Below are positions 9,716 through 19,035 of a stretch of DNA of 64,000 bases, one piece after another (position 1 is the stretch's first letter; each line of letters opens with the position of its first letter). The stretch is from contig OZ251997.1 in NCBI GenBank assembly GCA_965247095.1, forward strand, positions 2,944,001 through 3,008,000, written 5' to 3'. A program made the position numbers and the translations under genes. The DNA is from Candidatus Multivorans sp. (GTDB lineage Bacteria; Acidobacteriota; Thermoanaerobaculia; Multivoradales; Multivoraceae). Below the pieces are notes generated by a model, which saw nothing but the letters and a program-made list of their open reading frames with translations, ran no database searches and had not been told where the DNA came from.

Positions 9716-10603
9716 ATGGCCGCCGGCTCGAGGCAGGAAGAGACCGATGCGCGCGGTCGGTTGAGCGTGACCCTGGTCAAGCTCGGCGGCAGCCTGATCA
9801 CCGACAAGACGAAACCGCGCACCGTCGAGAGGGAGCATTTGGGTCGCCTAGCGGCCGAGATCGCCGCCGGGTGGTCGGGCGGCGGCCTGATCGTCGGCCA
9901 CGGCAGCGGCTCCTTCGGTCACCCGGAGGCGCGGGCGGCCGGCCTGGTCGGAGGCGCTGGCGGTCGGCGGCTCGACTCGCCGGCGGACCGCATGGGCATC
10001 GCCCGCACGCAGTCCGCTGCACAGGCTCTGCACCGGACGATCGTCTCCAGTCTGATCGATGCCGGGGTGCCGGCGTACTCCCAGCCGCCGTCCGGATTCC
10101 TGGTCGCGGAGGACGGCAAGCCGCACGGTGATCCCCCCGCGCCCCTGGCCGAAGCTCTGCGGTCGGGCCTGGTGCCGGTAACCATGGGTGACGTGGCGAT
10201 CGACCGCCGGCGCGGGGCGGCGATCGTCTCGACCGAGACGGTGTTCGAGTTCCTGGCCGGCGCGCTGCCTGCGCTCGGGATCGAGGTGCGGCGCGCCTTG
10301 TGGCTGGGTGTTGTGGCGGGCGTCCTGGATGACGCGGGACGGCTGATTCCGCGCATCGACGAGACGAACATCGAGGCCGCTTCGGCGGCCGCCGGCGGTT
10401 CGGCGGCGGTCGACGTGACCGGCGGCATGGAGCACCGCCTGGTCACCGCATGGCGTTTGGCCCGGGGCGGCGTGGAGTCGCTGATTCTCGACGGCCGCGA
10501 GCCGGGCCTGCTGGAATCCGTGCTTCGGCATCCGGGACGGGCGGCGGAAGTCGCCGGTACACTCGTCCGTTCCAGCGAACGACCCTGGAGATCGCCTACG
10601 TAG
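9716..10603 (+). CDS. ipk: Isopentenyl phosphate kinase (amino-acid-kinase superfamily)
   Basis: 3' part of ORF 8807..10603: VKLGGSLITDK, HGSGSFGH, GLVPVTMGD, STE, DVTGGM; ATG 2 nt after the mvaD stop. Confidence 0.9.
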   Translation: MAAGSRQEETDARGRLSVTLVKLGGSLITDKTKPRTVEREHLGRLAAEIAAGWSGGGLIVGHGSGSFGHPEARAAGLVGGAGGRRLDSPADRMGIARTQSAAQALHRTIVSSLIDAGVPAYSQPPSGFLVAEDGKPHGDPPAPLAEALRSGLVPVTMGDVAIDRRRGAAIVSTETVFEFLAGALPALGIEVRRALWLGVVAGVLDDAGRLIPRIDETNIEAASAAAGGSAAVDVTGGMEHRLVTAWRLARGGVESLILDGREPGLLESVLRHPGRAAEVAGTLVRSSERPWRSPT

Positions 10604-10641
10604 GCACGCGCGGCCGCCACGCCACGTGCCGTTCCGACATC

Positions 10642-11322
10642 ATGAACATGCGCGCGAGCAGCACAGTCGAGGACTACCTGAAGTGCATCTTCCGGGCCGA
10701 GCAGGAGGCGCGGCAGAGCGGGCAGGACCTCGTGCCCATGGGCCGGATCGCGGCTCTCCTGGAGGTGGCGCCGGCTTCGGTCACCGCGATGATGAAGACC
10801 CTGGCCGAGTCCGGTCTGGTCGCCTACGAGCCCTACAGCGGTGTGCGGCTGGCGCCCGCGGGCCGCAAGCTGGCGGCGCACGTCCTCAGGCGGCACCGGC
10901 TGGTCGAGCTGTTTCTGGTCAACAAGATGGGGTTCGACTGGAGCGAGGTTCACTCCGAAGCCGAACTGCTCGAGCACGCGGTTTCCGAACGGATGATCGA
11001 GCGGATGGACGAGATGCTGGGCCATCCGTCAGTCGACCCGCACGGCGATCCGATCCCCAGGGCAGACGGCCACATCGAGATCGTGGATCATCCCAGCCTT
11101 CTGAAGTGCGCGCTGAACTGCACGGTCGAGGTCGTGCGGGTCACCGATCAGGACGCCGAGTTCCTGCGCTTCGCCGAGCGCGAGGGTCTGACGCCGGGGA
11201 AGTCGGTCGAGGTGGCGGCGCGGGACGAGACCGCGGGCAGCGTCGCGGTGATCTCCGGGACGCGACAGCTCAGCCTGGGCTTCCCGGCCGCCTCCAAGGT
11301 GCTGGTGCGAGAGGCGCCGTGA
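10642..11322 (+). CDS. DtxR/MntR family metal-dependent regulator with C-terminal FeoA-like domain
   Basis: TVEDYLK, RRHRLVELFL, HSEAELLEHA, DPHGDPIP. Confidence 0.92.
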   Translation: MNMRASSTVEDYLKCIFRAEQEARQSGQDLVPMGRIAALLEVAPASVTAMMKTLAESGLVAYEPYSGVRLAPAGRKLAAHVLRRHRLVELFLVNKMGFDWSEVHSEAELLEHAVSERMIERMDEMLGHPSVDPHGDPIPRADGHIEIVDHPSLLKCALNCTVEVVRVTDQDAEFLRFAEREGLTPGKSVEVAARDETAGSVAVISGTRQLSLGFPAASKVLVREAP

Positions 11323-11323
11323 G

Positions 11324-11414
11324 CTAGCGCGGCAGAACTCCCAGAGGCCGGCGCTCCGCGCCGGATGCGGGCAAGATGCCCGCGTTCCCAGGTCGGATCG
11401 TTCTGCCGCGCTAG
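11324..11414. repeat. CTAG-bounded palindromic repeat (REP/MITE-like), copy with perfect 15-bp terminal inverted repeats
   Basis: ctagcgcggcagaac...gttctgccgcgctag, internal hairpins; homologous to 47908-48073, 51676-51766 and 40214-40267. Confidence 0.85.
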
Positions 11415-11929
11415 GCCGCCGTCTCGCCGCCGGTCGGGGTGACCACGAACAGCGGATCGCCCCGGTCGACGGTCTGACCGACCTCGACCAGGAGCTTGTC
11501 CAGGCGGCCATCGATCTCCGACTGGATCTCGTTCTCCATCTTCATCGCCTCGAGCACGAGGACACCCTGGCCGGAGGCCACTTCCTCGCCTTCGCCGGCG
11601 AGCACCGCGGTCACGCGGCCGGGCATGTAGGCCGTGGCCTCGAACACGCCGTCCTCGGGCTGCTGTGCGGCGGCGGCGAAGTCCCGCGACCGGGGGTCGA
11701 TCACCCGCAGTTCGGATCCGTCGACGACGTAGACGCCCTTGCCGAGGGCGCGCACACTCGCGGTCGCCTGGCGTCCGTTAACGATCACGCTCAGCATGTC
11801 CGGCCGGCCCACCGTCGCGGCGTCGACCCGGTACTCGCGGCCGTCGACGGCAATGGTCCAGTTGCCGTCCGCTTCGGCCTGGGCCTCGACCAGAACTTCA
11901 CGGTCGGCGCTGGCGACGATCAGTTCCAA
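11411..11929 (-). CDS. Biotin carboxyl carrier protein
   Basis: LEAMKMENEI biotinylation motif; overlaps the biotin carboxylase end. Confidence 0.92.
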   Translation of the reverse strand: MELIVASADREVLVEAQAEADGNWTIAVDGREYRVDAATVGRPDMLSVIVNGRQATASVRALGKGVYVVDGSELRVIDPRSRDFAAAAQQPEDGVFEATAYMPGRVTAVLAGEGEEVASGQGVLVLEAMKMENEIQSEIDGRLDKLLVEVGQTVDRGDPLFVVTPTGGETAA

Positions 11930-13464
11930 GTCGTTCCCCGCCTGCTGTCGCGGCGCGCGGCGAGCTGCCAGTTGGAGCGCGTCGCGTCGCTCTTGGACGT
12001 CGCCGCGGCGCCGTTCGCGTGGTTGCGCCCGAGGTGGGCTAGGACCGCTGCCAGCACCGGCAGGTCGCCTTCAAGCGTGTCGCCGTTCGCGGTGGGCGCC
12101 CGGAGGTCGCCGTTCTCCAGCTTGCGGTCGAGCATAGAGATGTCCATGTTGCCGGCGAGGAAGTCCTCGTCTTCGAGCAGCAACTCGAACAGGGCCAGGT
12201 TGGTGCGGATGCCCTCGACCCGGGTTTCGGCCAGGGCCCGCCGCAACCGCGCCAGGGCGTGGGCGCGGTCGCGGCCCCAGACGATCAGCTTGGCGAGCAG
12301 GGGGTCGTAGTGGATCGTGACCTCGGCGCCCTCGTAGACGCCGCAGTCGTTGCGGACCCCCGGACCTTCGGGCAGGCGGAGCAGCTCGATCCTCCCGGGC
12401 GACGGAGCGAAGCCCCGGAACGGATCCTCCGCGTAGAGGCGGACCTCGACCGCATGGCCGCGGGGTTCGATGCCGCTGCGTAGCGCTTCCGGCAGCGCCT
12501 CGCCGGCGGCAATGTCCAGTTGCGCGTCCACGATGTCGATGCCCGTGACCGCTTCGGTCACCGGGTGCTCGACCTGGATTCTGGTGTTCATCTCGAGAAA
12601 GTAGAACTCGCCGTCGGGGTCGAGAAGGAACTCGACCGTGCCGGCGCCGACGTAGTTCACGGTTTCGGCGGCGCGCACCGCGGCCGCGCCCATGCGCCGG
12701 CGCAGGTCCGGGTCCACCGCCGGCGACGGCGCTTCCTCGACGACTTTCTGGTGGCGTCGTTGAAGCGAGCACTCCCGTTCCCCGAGAGAGACGACCCGCC
12801 CGTGCCGGTCGCCCAGGATCTGGATCTCGACGTGCCGGGGACGCTCGACGAAGCGCTCGATGTAGACGGACGCGTCGTTGAAGCTGGCGCCGGCTTCGGA
12901 GGAGGCGCCCCGGAACGCGGCCGCGAGTTCCTCCTCTGCGCGCACCAGGCGCATGCCCTTGCCGCCGCCTCCGGCCGAGGCCTTGAGCATCACCGGATAG
13001 CCGATCTCCCTGGCGGCGGCTCGGGCTGCGGCGGCGTCGGCCAGGGGCTCGGTACCGCCCGGCACGATCGGAACTCCGGCCGCCGTCATCAGGCGCCGGC
13101 TCTCGATCTTCGACCCCATGGCCGCGATCGCCTGCGAGGACGGGCCGATGAAGGTCACGCCGCGCTCCTCGCAGCGGCGGGCGAAGTCGGCGTTCTCGGA
13201 CAGGAAGCCGTAGCCGGGGTGAATCGCGTCGGCACCGATGTCTGTGGCCAGGTCGACGATCTTCCCGGCCAGCAGATAGCTCTCGATGGACGGCGCCGGA
13301 CCGATGCAGTGGGCCTCGTCGGCCATCTGGGTCGCCAGGCCGTCTCGATCCGCCTCGGAGTAGATGGCGACGGAGACGATGCCGCGCTCCCGCAGCGCCC
13401 TGATGATGCGCACCGCGATCTCGCCGCGGTTCGCGACCAACACCTTCTGCAACCTGTTCGTCAT
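11920..13464 (-). CDS. accC: Acyl-CoA carboxylase biotin carboxylase subunit
   Basis: LVANRGEIA, HPGYGFLSEN, GGGGKGMR, RECSLQRRHQK, EMNTRIQVEH. Confidence 0.95.
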   Translation of the reverse strand: MTNRLQKVLVANRGEIAVRIIRALRERGIVSVAIYSEADRDGLATQMADEAHCIGPAPSIESYLLAGKIVDLATDIGADAIHPGYGFLSENADFARRCEERGVTFIGPSSQAIAAMGSKIESRRLMTAAGVPIVPGGTEPLADAAAARAAAREIGYPVMLKASAGGGGKGMRLVRAEEELAAAFRGASSEAGASFNDASVYIERFVERPRHVEIQILGDRHGRVVSLGERECSLQRRHQKVVEEAPSPAVDPDLRRRMGAAAVRAAETVNYVGAGTVEFLLDPDGEFYFLEMNTRIQVEHPVTEAVTGIDIVDAQLDIAAGEALPEALRSGIEPRGHAVEVRLYAEDPFRGFAPSPGRIELLRLPEGPGVRNDCGVYEGAEVTIHYDPLLAKLIVWGRDRAHALARLRRALAETRVEGIRTNLALFELLLEDEDFLAGNMDISMLDRKLENGDLRAPTANGDTLEGDLPVLAAVLAHLGRNHANGAAATSKSDATRSNWQLAARRDSRRGTTWN

Positions 13465-13620
13465 GCCAGGAGGCGAATCCTAGCGCCGCGCAAGCTCCTG
13501 GGCCCGAAAGCCCGGCCCGCACGGGAGTTATAGTGTTTGTTCCTACTTGCAGGAGAGACGATGAACGTGGAAGGAAGCCTCGGACATGACGGCGGCGGCG
13601 GCGAGAAGTGGGGTCCTCCG

Positions 13621-14552
13621 GTGACCAGGAAATCCCTGATGCGAGGCGGTCTGGCGGCGCTGCTGGTGGCGCCGTGGACGGCATCGTCTCTCGGCGCTGG
13701 AGGCGGTCAGGAATCGGACGATTCCGATGCCGAGGCGTCGGGCCGGACCCAGGGTTCTGGCGCCACCGACGACGAGATCGTCCTCGGTGTGTCCGCCGCC
13801 TTTTCGGGCCCGTCGAGGGGTTTGGGCGCCGAGCTCTACCGGGGCGCCATCGCCTACTTCAACCAGGTGAACGACAACGGCGGCATCGAAGGCCGCAGGA
13901 TCAGCATGAAGCTGTACGACGACGGGTATCAGCCCGACCCGTGCGTCCAGAACACGATGAGGCTCATGCTGGAGGACAAGGTGTTCCTTCTGTTCGGCTA
14001 TGTGGGAACGCCGACCGTGACCCGCGTGCTGCCGATCCTCAAGAAGTTCCAGAACGAGAGCATCTTCCTGTTCTTCCCCTTCACGGGCGCCCAGCCGCAG
14101 CGTGAGCCGCCCTACGGCGATTTCGCCTTCAACCTGCGGGCTTCCTACAACCAGGAGACGGCCGGGCTCGTCGACAACCTGGTGGGCATCGGCAAGCGGC
14201 GGATCGCGGTCTTCTACCAGATCGACGCCTACGGGCGGAGCGGCTGGGCGGGCGTCCGGGCGGCGCTGGCGAAGCACGGAGAGAAGCTCGCCGGCGAAGC
14301 CACCTACAGCCGGGGCGAAAGTTCACGGGCAGCATGAGGAAGCAGGTGGAGATCCTCCGGCGGCTCGGTCCGAGCCCTGGCCGGGCGGGACTGGAGGAAG
14401 CCGTGTTCTCCGTCCGCGACTTCGATCTCGGGATCAGCGAGCGGGTGTCGTTCGGACCCGATCGGCGCCAGGGGCTTCAGAGCGTGTACCACGCCGTCGT
14501 GGAAGACGGTCGATTCGTGCCCTTGGACGACTGGGGAGCCAGGTTCGCCTGA
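13621..14552 (+). pseudogene. Branched-chain-type ABC substrate-binding protein, frameshifted and apparently internally deleted
   Basis: ORF 13537..14337 (LGVSAAFSGP, YDDGYQP, GYVGTPT) continues in another frame as ORF 14334..14552; 1-nt loss near 14317-14318 (cgg ggc ga aag ttc acg ggc agc atg). Could be an assembly error. Confidence 0.7.
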
Positions 14553-14569
14553 GATCGGTTTCTCCTGAG

Positions 14570-15000
14570 ATGAGAATCCACAGGCTGTTTCAGAAGACGA
14601 GGTGCGGCATTTTCGCCGTCTTCGGCCTGATCGTCCTGTCGACTTCGATTCTCTGCATCTACACCGTCGACACGGAACTGTTGGCAGAGTACGAGACCAA
14701 CACCCAGAACATTGCCAAGACGATCGCGGACTCGAGCGTCGGCATTCTCCTGGATGTCGTGGCGCTCAAGATTCAACGGGCGATCGGGCAGCAGGTCTAC
14801 CTGATCTGCGTCATCCTGGTCCTCGGCGTGCTGGCCTCGATCTGGCTGATCAACCTGGCGGCGAAGCCGCTTGGAGAACTCCTCGCCTACGCGGTGGAAC
14901 TGGCCAAGGACGGCGAGAAGGAGGAACTTGCCGAGCGCGACATTCTCGGGCGCGACGACGAAGTGGGGCACTTGGCGCGTCTGTTTCTTCACGTAAGGCG
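14570..15000 (+). pseudogene. Two-TM HAMP-domain membrane protein, truncated
   Basis: Within ORF 14102..15292: TM1, short loop, TM2, KPLGEL...RDDEVGHLARLF (HAMP), then low-complexity read-through over the next gene. End approximate. Confidence 0.55.
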
Positions 15001-15066
15001 GCAGGGGGCCGAAGGGGGACGCAGACAGCGGCTTCGGGCGTTCCGGGGCAGGAGTAGGCGGTCGGC

Positions 15067-16329
15067 GTGCGGGTACCGAGGACCGTCATCGCCCTGCTGT
15101 GCACGACGCTGCAGTTGTGCTTCGGGACGGTCTACGCCTGGAGCTTCTTCCAGACGATGCTCGTCCGGCAGGTTGGGTGGACGTTCTCGCAGACGGCATG
15201 GGCCTTCAGCATCACGATCTTCTCGCTCGGCGTATCGGCGGCGTGGGCCGGACAGATGCTGCCGCGGCTCGGGCCGAGGAAGCTGGCGGTGATCGGCAGC
15301 GTGATGTTCTCGGGCGGTTACGTCATCGCGGCCGGCTCCCTGACACTGGGCATGCTGCCCCTCTTCTACCTCGGCTACGGGGTGATCGGCGGCGCCGGCA
15401 TCGGGCTGGGTTACGTGACTCCGGTGGCGACGGTCGCGAAGTGGTTTCCGGACCACAAGGGGCTGGTCACCGGGATCGTCGTCATGGACCTGGCTCAGGT
15501 CTTTCTCTGGCTCGGCATCATCTTCGCCTGCGTTCTGATCCCCTGCAGTCTGTTGTTGAGCGATCCGCCGGCGCCGTCGACGCTCCCGACCCAGGTTGCC
15601 GGGCCGTCGGGGGCGGCCGGGCTTCCAGGAGCGGAAGCGCTGCCGGAGGAGTCCCTGGCGGTCAAGACCTATCTCGGGTCTCAGCAGTTCGTGTTCATGT
15701 GGATCGTGTTCTTCTTCAACATCGCGGCTGGCATCACGGTGATCAGTTTCCAGTCCGAGCTGCTGCAGGAGGTCTGGGGACTCTCCGACCCGTCCCTCGA
15801 GCCGGCGACGCTCGCCGAGTACGGAGCGACGCTCATCGCGATCAGTTCCCTTTGCAATGGAGTCGGGCGGCTGTTCTGGGGTCTTCTATCCGATCGCCTC
15901 GGGCGGGTCAGAGTCTTCCGCATCCTGCTCGCGAGCCAGATGGTGGTCTTCGGCTTTCTGATGACGGAGACGAACCCCTGGGTCTTCTCGGCCCTCGTGT
16001 GCTATGTCCTGCTCTGTTTTGGAGGCGGATTCGCCACGATGCCTCCCTTCGTCCTCGACGTGTTCGGGTCGAAGAAGATGTCCTCCATCTACGGCGCGGT
16101 GTTGACTGCCTGGGCGGCGGCTGGGCTCGTCGGGCCCGTGTACCTGGGCTACCTGAAGGACGTGTACCCGGATCGGGCCGTCATGTACTGCTTCCTGGTC
16201 GGAATCCTGATGCTTGGCGGCGGCTACCTGTTCTCCTACCTGCTGACCGACAACCGGATTCGGCTGGGGCGCCCGACTCTCGAAGGGACGCTTCGCGAGT
16301 ACGGGATTCCGGTTCCCGGCAAGGGGTAG
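15067..16329 (+). CDS. OFA-family MFS transporter (possible in-frame deletion)
   Basis: GTVYAWS, GIGLGYVTPVATVAKWFPDHKG, NGVGRLFWG..SDRLGR, FGGGF. Confidence 0.85.
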   Translation: MRVPRTVIALLCTTLQLCFGTVYAWSFFQTMLVRQVGWTFSQTAWAFSITIFSLGVSAAWAGQMLPRLGPRKLAVIGSVMFSGGYVIAAGSLTLGMLPLFYLGYGVIGGAGIGLGYVTPVATVAKWFPDHKGLVTGIVVMDLAQVFLWLGIIFACVLIPCSLLLSDPPAPSTLPTQVAGPSGAAGLPGAEALPEESLAVKTYLGSQQFVFMWIVFFFNIAAGITVISFQSELLQEVWGLSDPSLEPATLAEYGATLIAISSLCNGVGRLFWGLLSDRLGRVRVFRILLASQMVVFGFLMTETNPWVFSALVCYVLLCFGGGFATMPPFVLDVFGSKKMSSIYGAVLTAWAAAGLVGPVYLGYLKDVYPDRAVMYCFLVGILMLGGGYLFSYLLTDNRIRLGRPTLEGTLREYGIPVPGKG

Positions 16330-16360
16330 CTGCCGGAAGCCGTTGGGCTCCGCGCCTGCT

Positions 16361-17248
16361 ATGTTCGCGACTCTCTTTCGATCGTTCCGACCCGCCCAAT
16401 GGAGCAAGAACGTCTTCGTTCTGGCGCCGGCGGCGTTCGCCGGCGGCCTGACGGATCCGGGCACGATCGCGGCGGCGGTGCTGGCGCTGGCCGCGTTCTG
16501 TGCCGCGGCGAGCGCCGTGTACCTGTTCAACGATCTGCGGGACCGCGAACTGGACCGGCGCCATCCAAGGAAGAGGCTGAGGCCCGTGGCGTCAGGCGCC
16601 TTGGGCCCGGCGCCGGCTCTGGCGGCCAGTGCGGTGCTCGCCGCCCTTGCCCTGGGCGCGGCGTGGAGCCTGAACGGCCGGACGGCGCAGCTCGTGGCCG
16701 CTTACCTTGTGGTCAACGTCTGCTACAGCCTGTGGTTGAAGCGGATCGTGATCGTCGACGTGATGGTGCTGTCGAGCGGCTTCGTGATCCGGGTGCTGGC
16801 CGGCGCCGCCGCGGTCGGGGTCGCGGTCTCCGCCTGGCTGGTGCTCTGCACCGTCTTTCTGGCGCTCTTCCTGGGTTTCTCCAAGCGCCGGCACGAACTG
16901 GTGCTTCTCGTCGGTGAGGCGGGCGAGCAGCGGTCGGTGCTGAATCACTACAGCCCGACGTTCCTCGATCAGATGATGAACGTGGTGACCGCCTCGACGC
17001 TGCTCTCCTACGCCCTCTACACCACGGCCGACGAGACGGTCGCCCGTTTCGGCGCCTACAGCCTGGTCTGGACGGTTCCCTTCGTGCTGTTCGGCATCTT
17101 CCGCTACCTGTACCTGATCCACCAGGCCGAGAACCCGAAACAGCGCAATCCGACGGAGCTACTGCTGTTCGATCCCCCGTTCCTGGTCAACATGGGGCTC
17201 TACGGCCTGACCGTGATCCTCATCGTCTACCTTCCGCCGGCGCAGTAG
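16361..17248 (+). CDS. UbiA-family polyprenyl-phosphate phosphoribosyltransferase (DPPR synthase-like)
   Basis: RPAQWSKN, YLFNDLRDRELDRRHPRKRLRPVASG, FSKRRHEL, YSPTFLD, GIFRYLYL. Confidence 0.88.
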   Translation: MFATLFRSFRPAQWSKNVFVLAPAAFAGGLTDPGTIAAAVLALAAFCAAASAVYLFNDLRDRELDRRHPRKRLRPVASGALGPAPALAASAVLAALALGAAWSLNGRTAQLVAAYLVVNVCYSLWLKRIVIVDVMVLSSGFVIRVLAGAAAVGVAVSAWLVLCTVFLALFLGFSKRRHELVLLVGEAGEQRSVLNHYSPTFLDQMMNVVTASTLLSYALYTTADETVARFGAYSLVWTVPFVLFGIFRYLYLIHQAENPKQRNPTELLLFDPPFLVNMGLYGLTVILIVYLPPAQ

Positions 17249-17258
17249 CGCCAGCACC
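17141..17258 (+). repeat. Left copy of a 118-bp direct repeat bounding a 6.5-kb islet
   Basis: Aligns without gaps to 23681-23798 with 15 mismatches by manual count (about 87%). Confidence 0.92.
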
Positions 17259-18791
17259 ACGGCCCGCGCACGAGAACAGCGTTACCTCGTCGGAGATCGG
17301 TTCGTCGCTGCAGGTGAGCTGTGCCGGGGCGAAGAAGCTGAGCGCCATCAGCCTGTGCTTGGTCTTGACCAGGAAGCGGGCCCGGCCGTCGCATCGATCG
17401 AGCAGCTCACCTAGATCCTCTGCCAGAGCGAGAGGGGCTTCGAAGTAGGGGTAGGGCTCCGGCCAGATCGTGTGCCAGCTCGAGCGCTCGAAGCCGTAGA
17501 AGCCGAGACCGTGAGCCTTGACGCCAAGCGCGTCGACACACTCGCTCGCCGTCACGCCGGCGCCACCCAATGCCTGCGCGAGCTCGCGGGCGTCCCGCTT
17601 GCTGGGAACGTAGGCGGCAGCACCCTTCAGCAGGATCAGGACCATTGCCGCGATCAGCACCCGGCGGCCCCAGCGCGCAGGCGCGCTCGAGCGAGCCTGC
17701 GAGATGGTGAGCATCACCAGATAGGGCGCTATCGGCAGGATGTAGAGCGAGAGCTTCGACTTGGCCAGACCGAAGACCACGAGGGGCAGTACGGTCGACA
17801 GAATCAGGTAGCGGTGCAGAGGGTCGCGCCACAGAGTGCTGAGCCGGGTTCGCTCTTCCTTCGATCGCCACCGACCCAACCAGGTCAAGGACCACGGCAG
17901 GCCGCCGAAGACCAGGACCGGGCCGTAGATCCGGATGCCTGCCCACCATCCGGAATTGCGGTCGTAGGTGTCCTTCCACAGCCGGCCGGCGACCTGATTG
18001 TCGAGGAAGTACGCGGCGGCGCCCGGTAGATCTCTCGATACGCCGGCGTACCACGAGAGGCCGACCGCCGTGCCGACCAGCGCCGCCGCCCACAGCTCCG
18101 GCCGCGAAAGGAACCGGCGGGGCCCGGGATCCCAAAGCCCAAACGCGACCATCGGCGCCACGAACACCAGTGCGGAAGTGCCCTTGGTGAGCAGCGCCAA
18201 ACCAATCGAGACACCCAGCAGCAGAGCCCAACGCCATCGCTCGCCCAGTGGCTGAGACTCGCGCCACCGCCAGTACGAGAAGGAGGCCGCGGTGGTCCAG
18301 AGAACCAGCAGAGTGTCCGGGGTCAGCACGTTCGCCGCGAGACCGGGGAGGAGAGTCGTCACATACGCAGCGCCCGTGAGCCTGCCGACCCGTTTCCCCC
18401 AGGCGGCGCCCGACCAGGCTGCCACCAGGCAGGCCGTAGCGGAAAGAGCCAGCGACTGCCCGATGCGAGCGCCCCACTCGTTGACGCCAAGGAGCTTGAA
18501 GCCCGCCGCGATGGTCCAGTAGATGGCCGGGGGCTTGTCGAGATAGACGAGTCCCTGCAGACGGGGCACGAACCAGTCGCCGCTCCGGAACATGGCGAGG
18601 GCCGCGTCGGCGTAGCGCCCTTCGTCAGGTTCAAAGAGTCCTCGCGAGCCCTGAAACGCGAGAGCGATCCCGAAGATGACGAGCCCGTACAGGAACACGT
18701 CAAGGGGAGGGCTCGGTTCGCGCCCAGACGCCAGTGGGGTGGTCCCGGTTTCCAGGACGGTTGGGCGGTTCAGTTCAGACAGCCGGATCAC
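17220..18791 (-). CDS. ArnT/PMT-like GT-C glycosyltransferase, copy 1
   Basis: FEPDEGRY, YLDKPP, LTPD, LTKG, SKLSLYILP, many TM segments. Start uncertain (GTG 18791). Confidence 0.88.
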   Translation of the reverse strand: MIRLSELNRPTVLETGTTPLASGREPSPPLDVFLYGLVIFGIALAFQGSRGLFEPDEGRYADAALAMFRSGDWFVPRLQGLVYLDKPPAIYWTIAAGFKLLGVNEWGARIGQSLALSATACLVAAWSGAAWGKRVGRLTGAAYVTTLLPGLAANVLTPDTLLVLWTTAASFSYWRWRESQPLGERWRWALLLGVSIGLALLTKGTSALVFVAPMVAFGLWDPGPRRFLSRPELWAAALVGTAVGLSWYAGVSRDLPGAAAYFLDNQVAGRLWKDTYDRNSGWWAGIRIYGPVLVFGGLPWSLTWLGRWRSKEERTRLSTLWRDPLHRYLILSTVLPLVVFGLAKSKLSLYILPIAPYLVMLTISQARSSAPARWGRRVLIAAMVLILLKGAAAYVPSKRDARELAQALGGAGVTASECVDALGVKAHGLGFYGFERSSWHTIWPEPYPYFEAPLALAEDLGELLDRCDGRARFLVKTKHRLMALSFFAPAQLTCSDEPISDEVTLFSCAGRGAGATAPAEGRR

Positions 18792-18997
18792 CGACGCTGG
18801 ACCGCCTGCTCGACCAGGTCCATGGTGCGTACGATGCGCTGGCGTATCTCGTCGAATCGACGCCCACGGTGTTCTTTGCCTTCCATTCCGGCTACGGGAC
18901 GGGGCGAACGCGCCGTAGAGACTAGCAGTCCCCGCCCGGCGCCGCACCGCCCCCTCTGACGCGCGTCCCGCCCCGGGCGGCAGGGGACTCCGCGGCC

Positions 18998-19029
18998 CTC
19001 AGCTTCCTCTCAGACTCGCCATCTACAGT
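18998..19029 (+). promoter_or_regulatory. Putative OmpR-family response-regulator box plus -10 element
   Basis: ctcag-cttcct-ctcag (11-bp period), 10 nt, tacagt, 6 nt, ATG 19036; same layout upstream of the response regulator. Confidence 0.6.
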
Positions 19030-19035
19030 AGCGGC

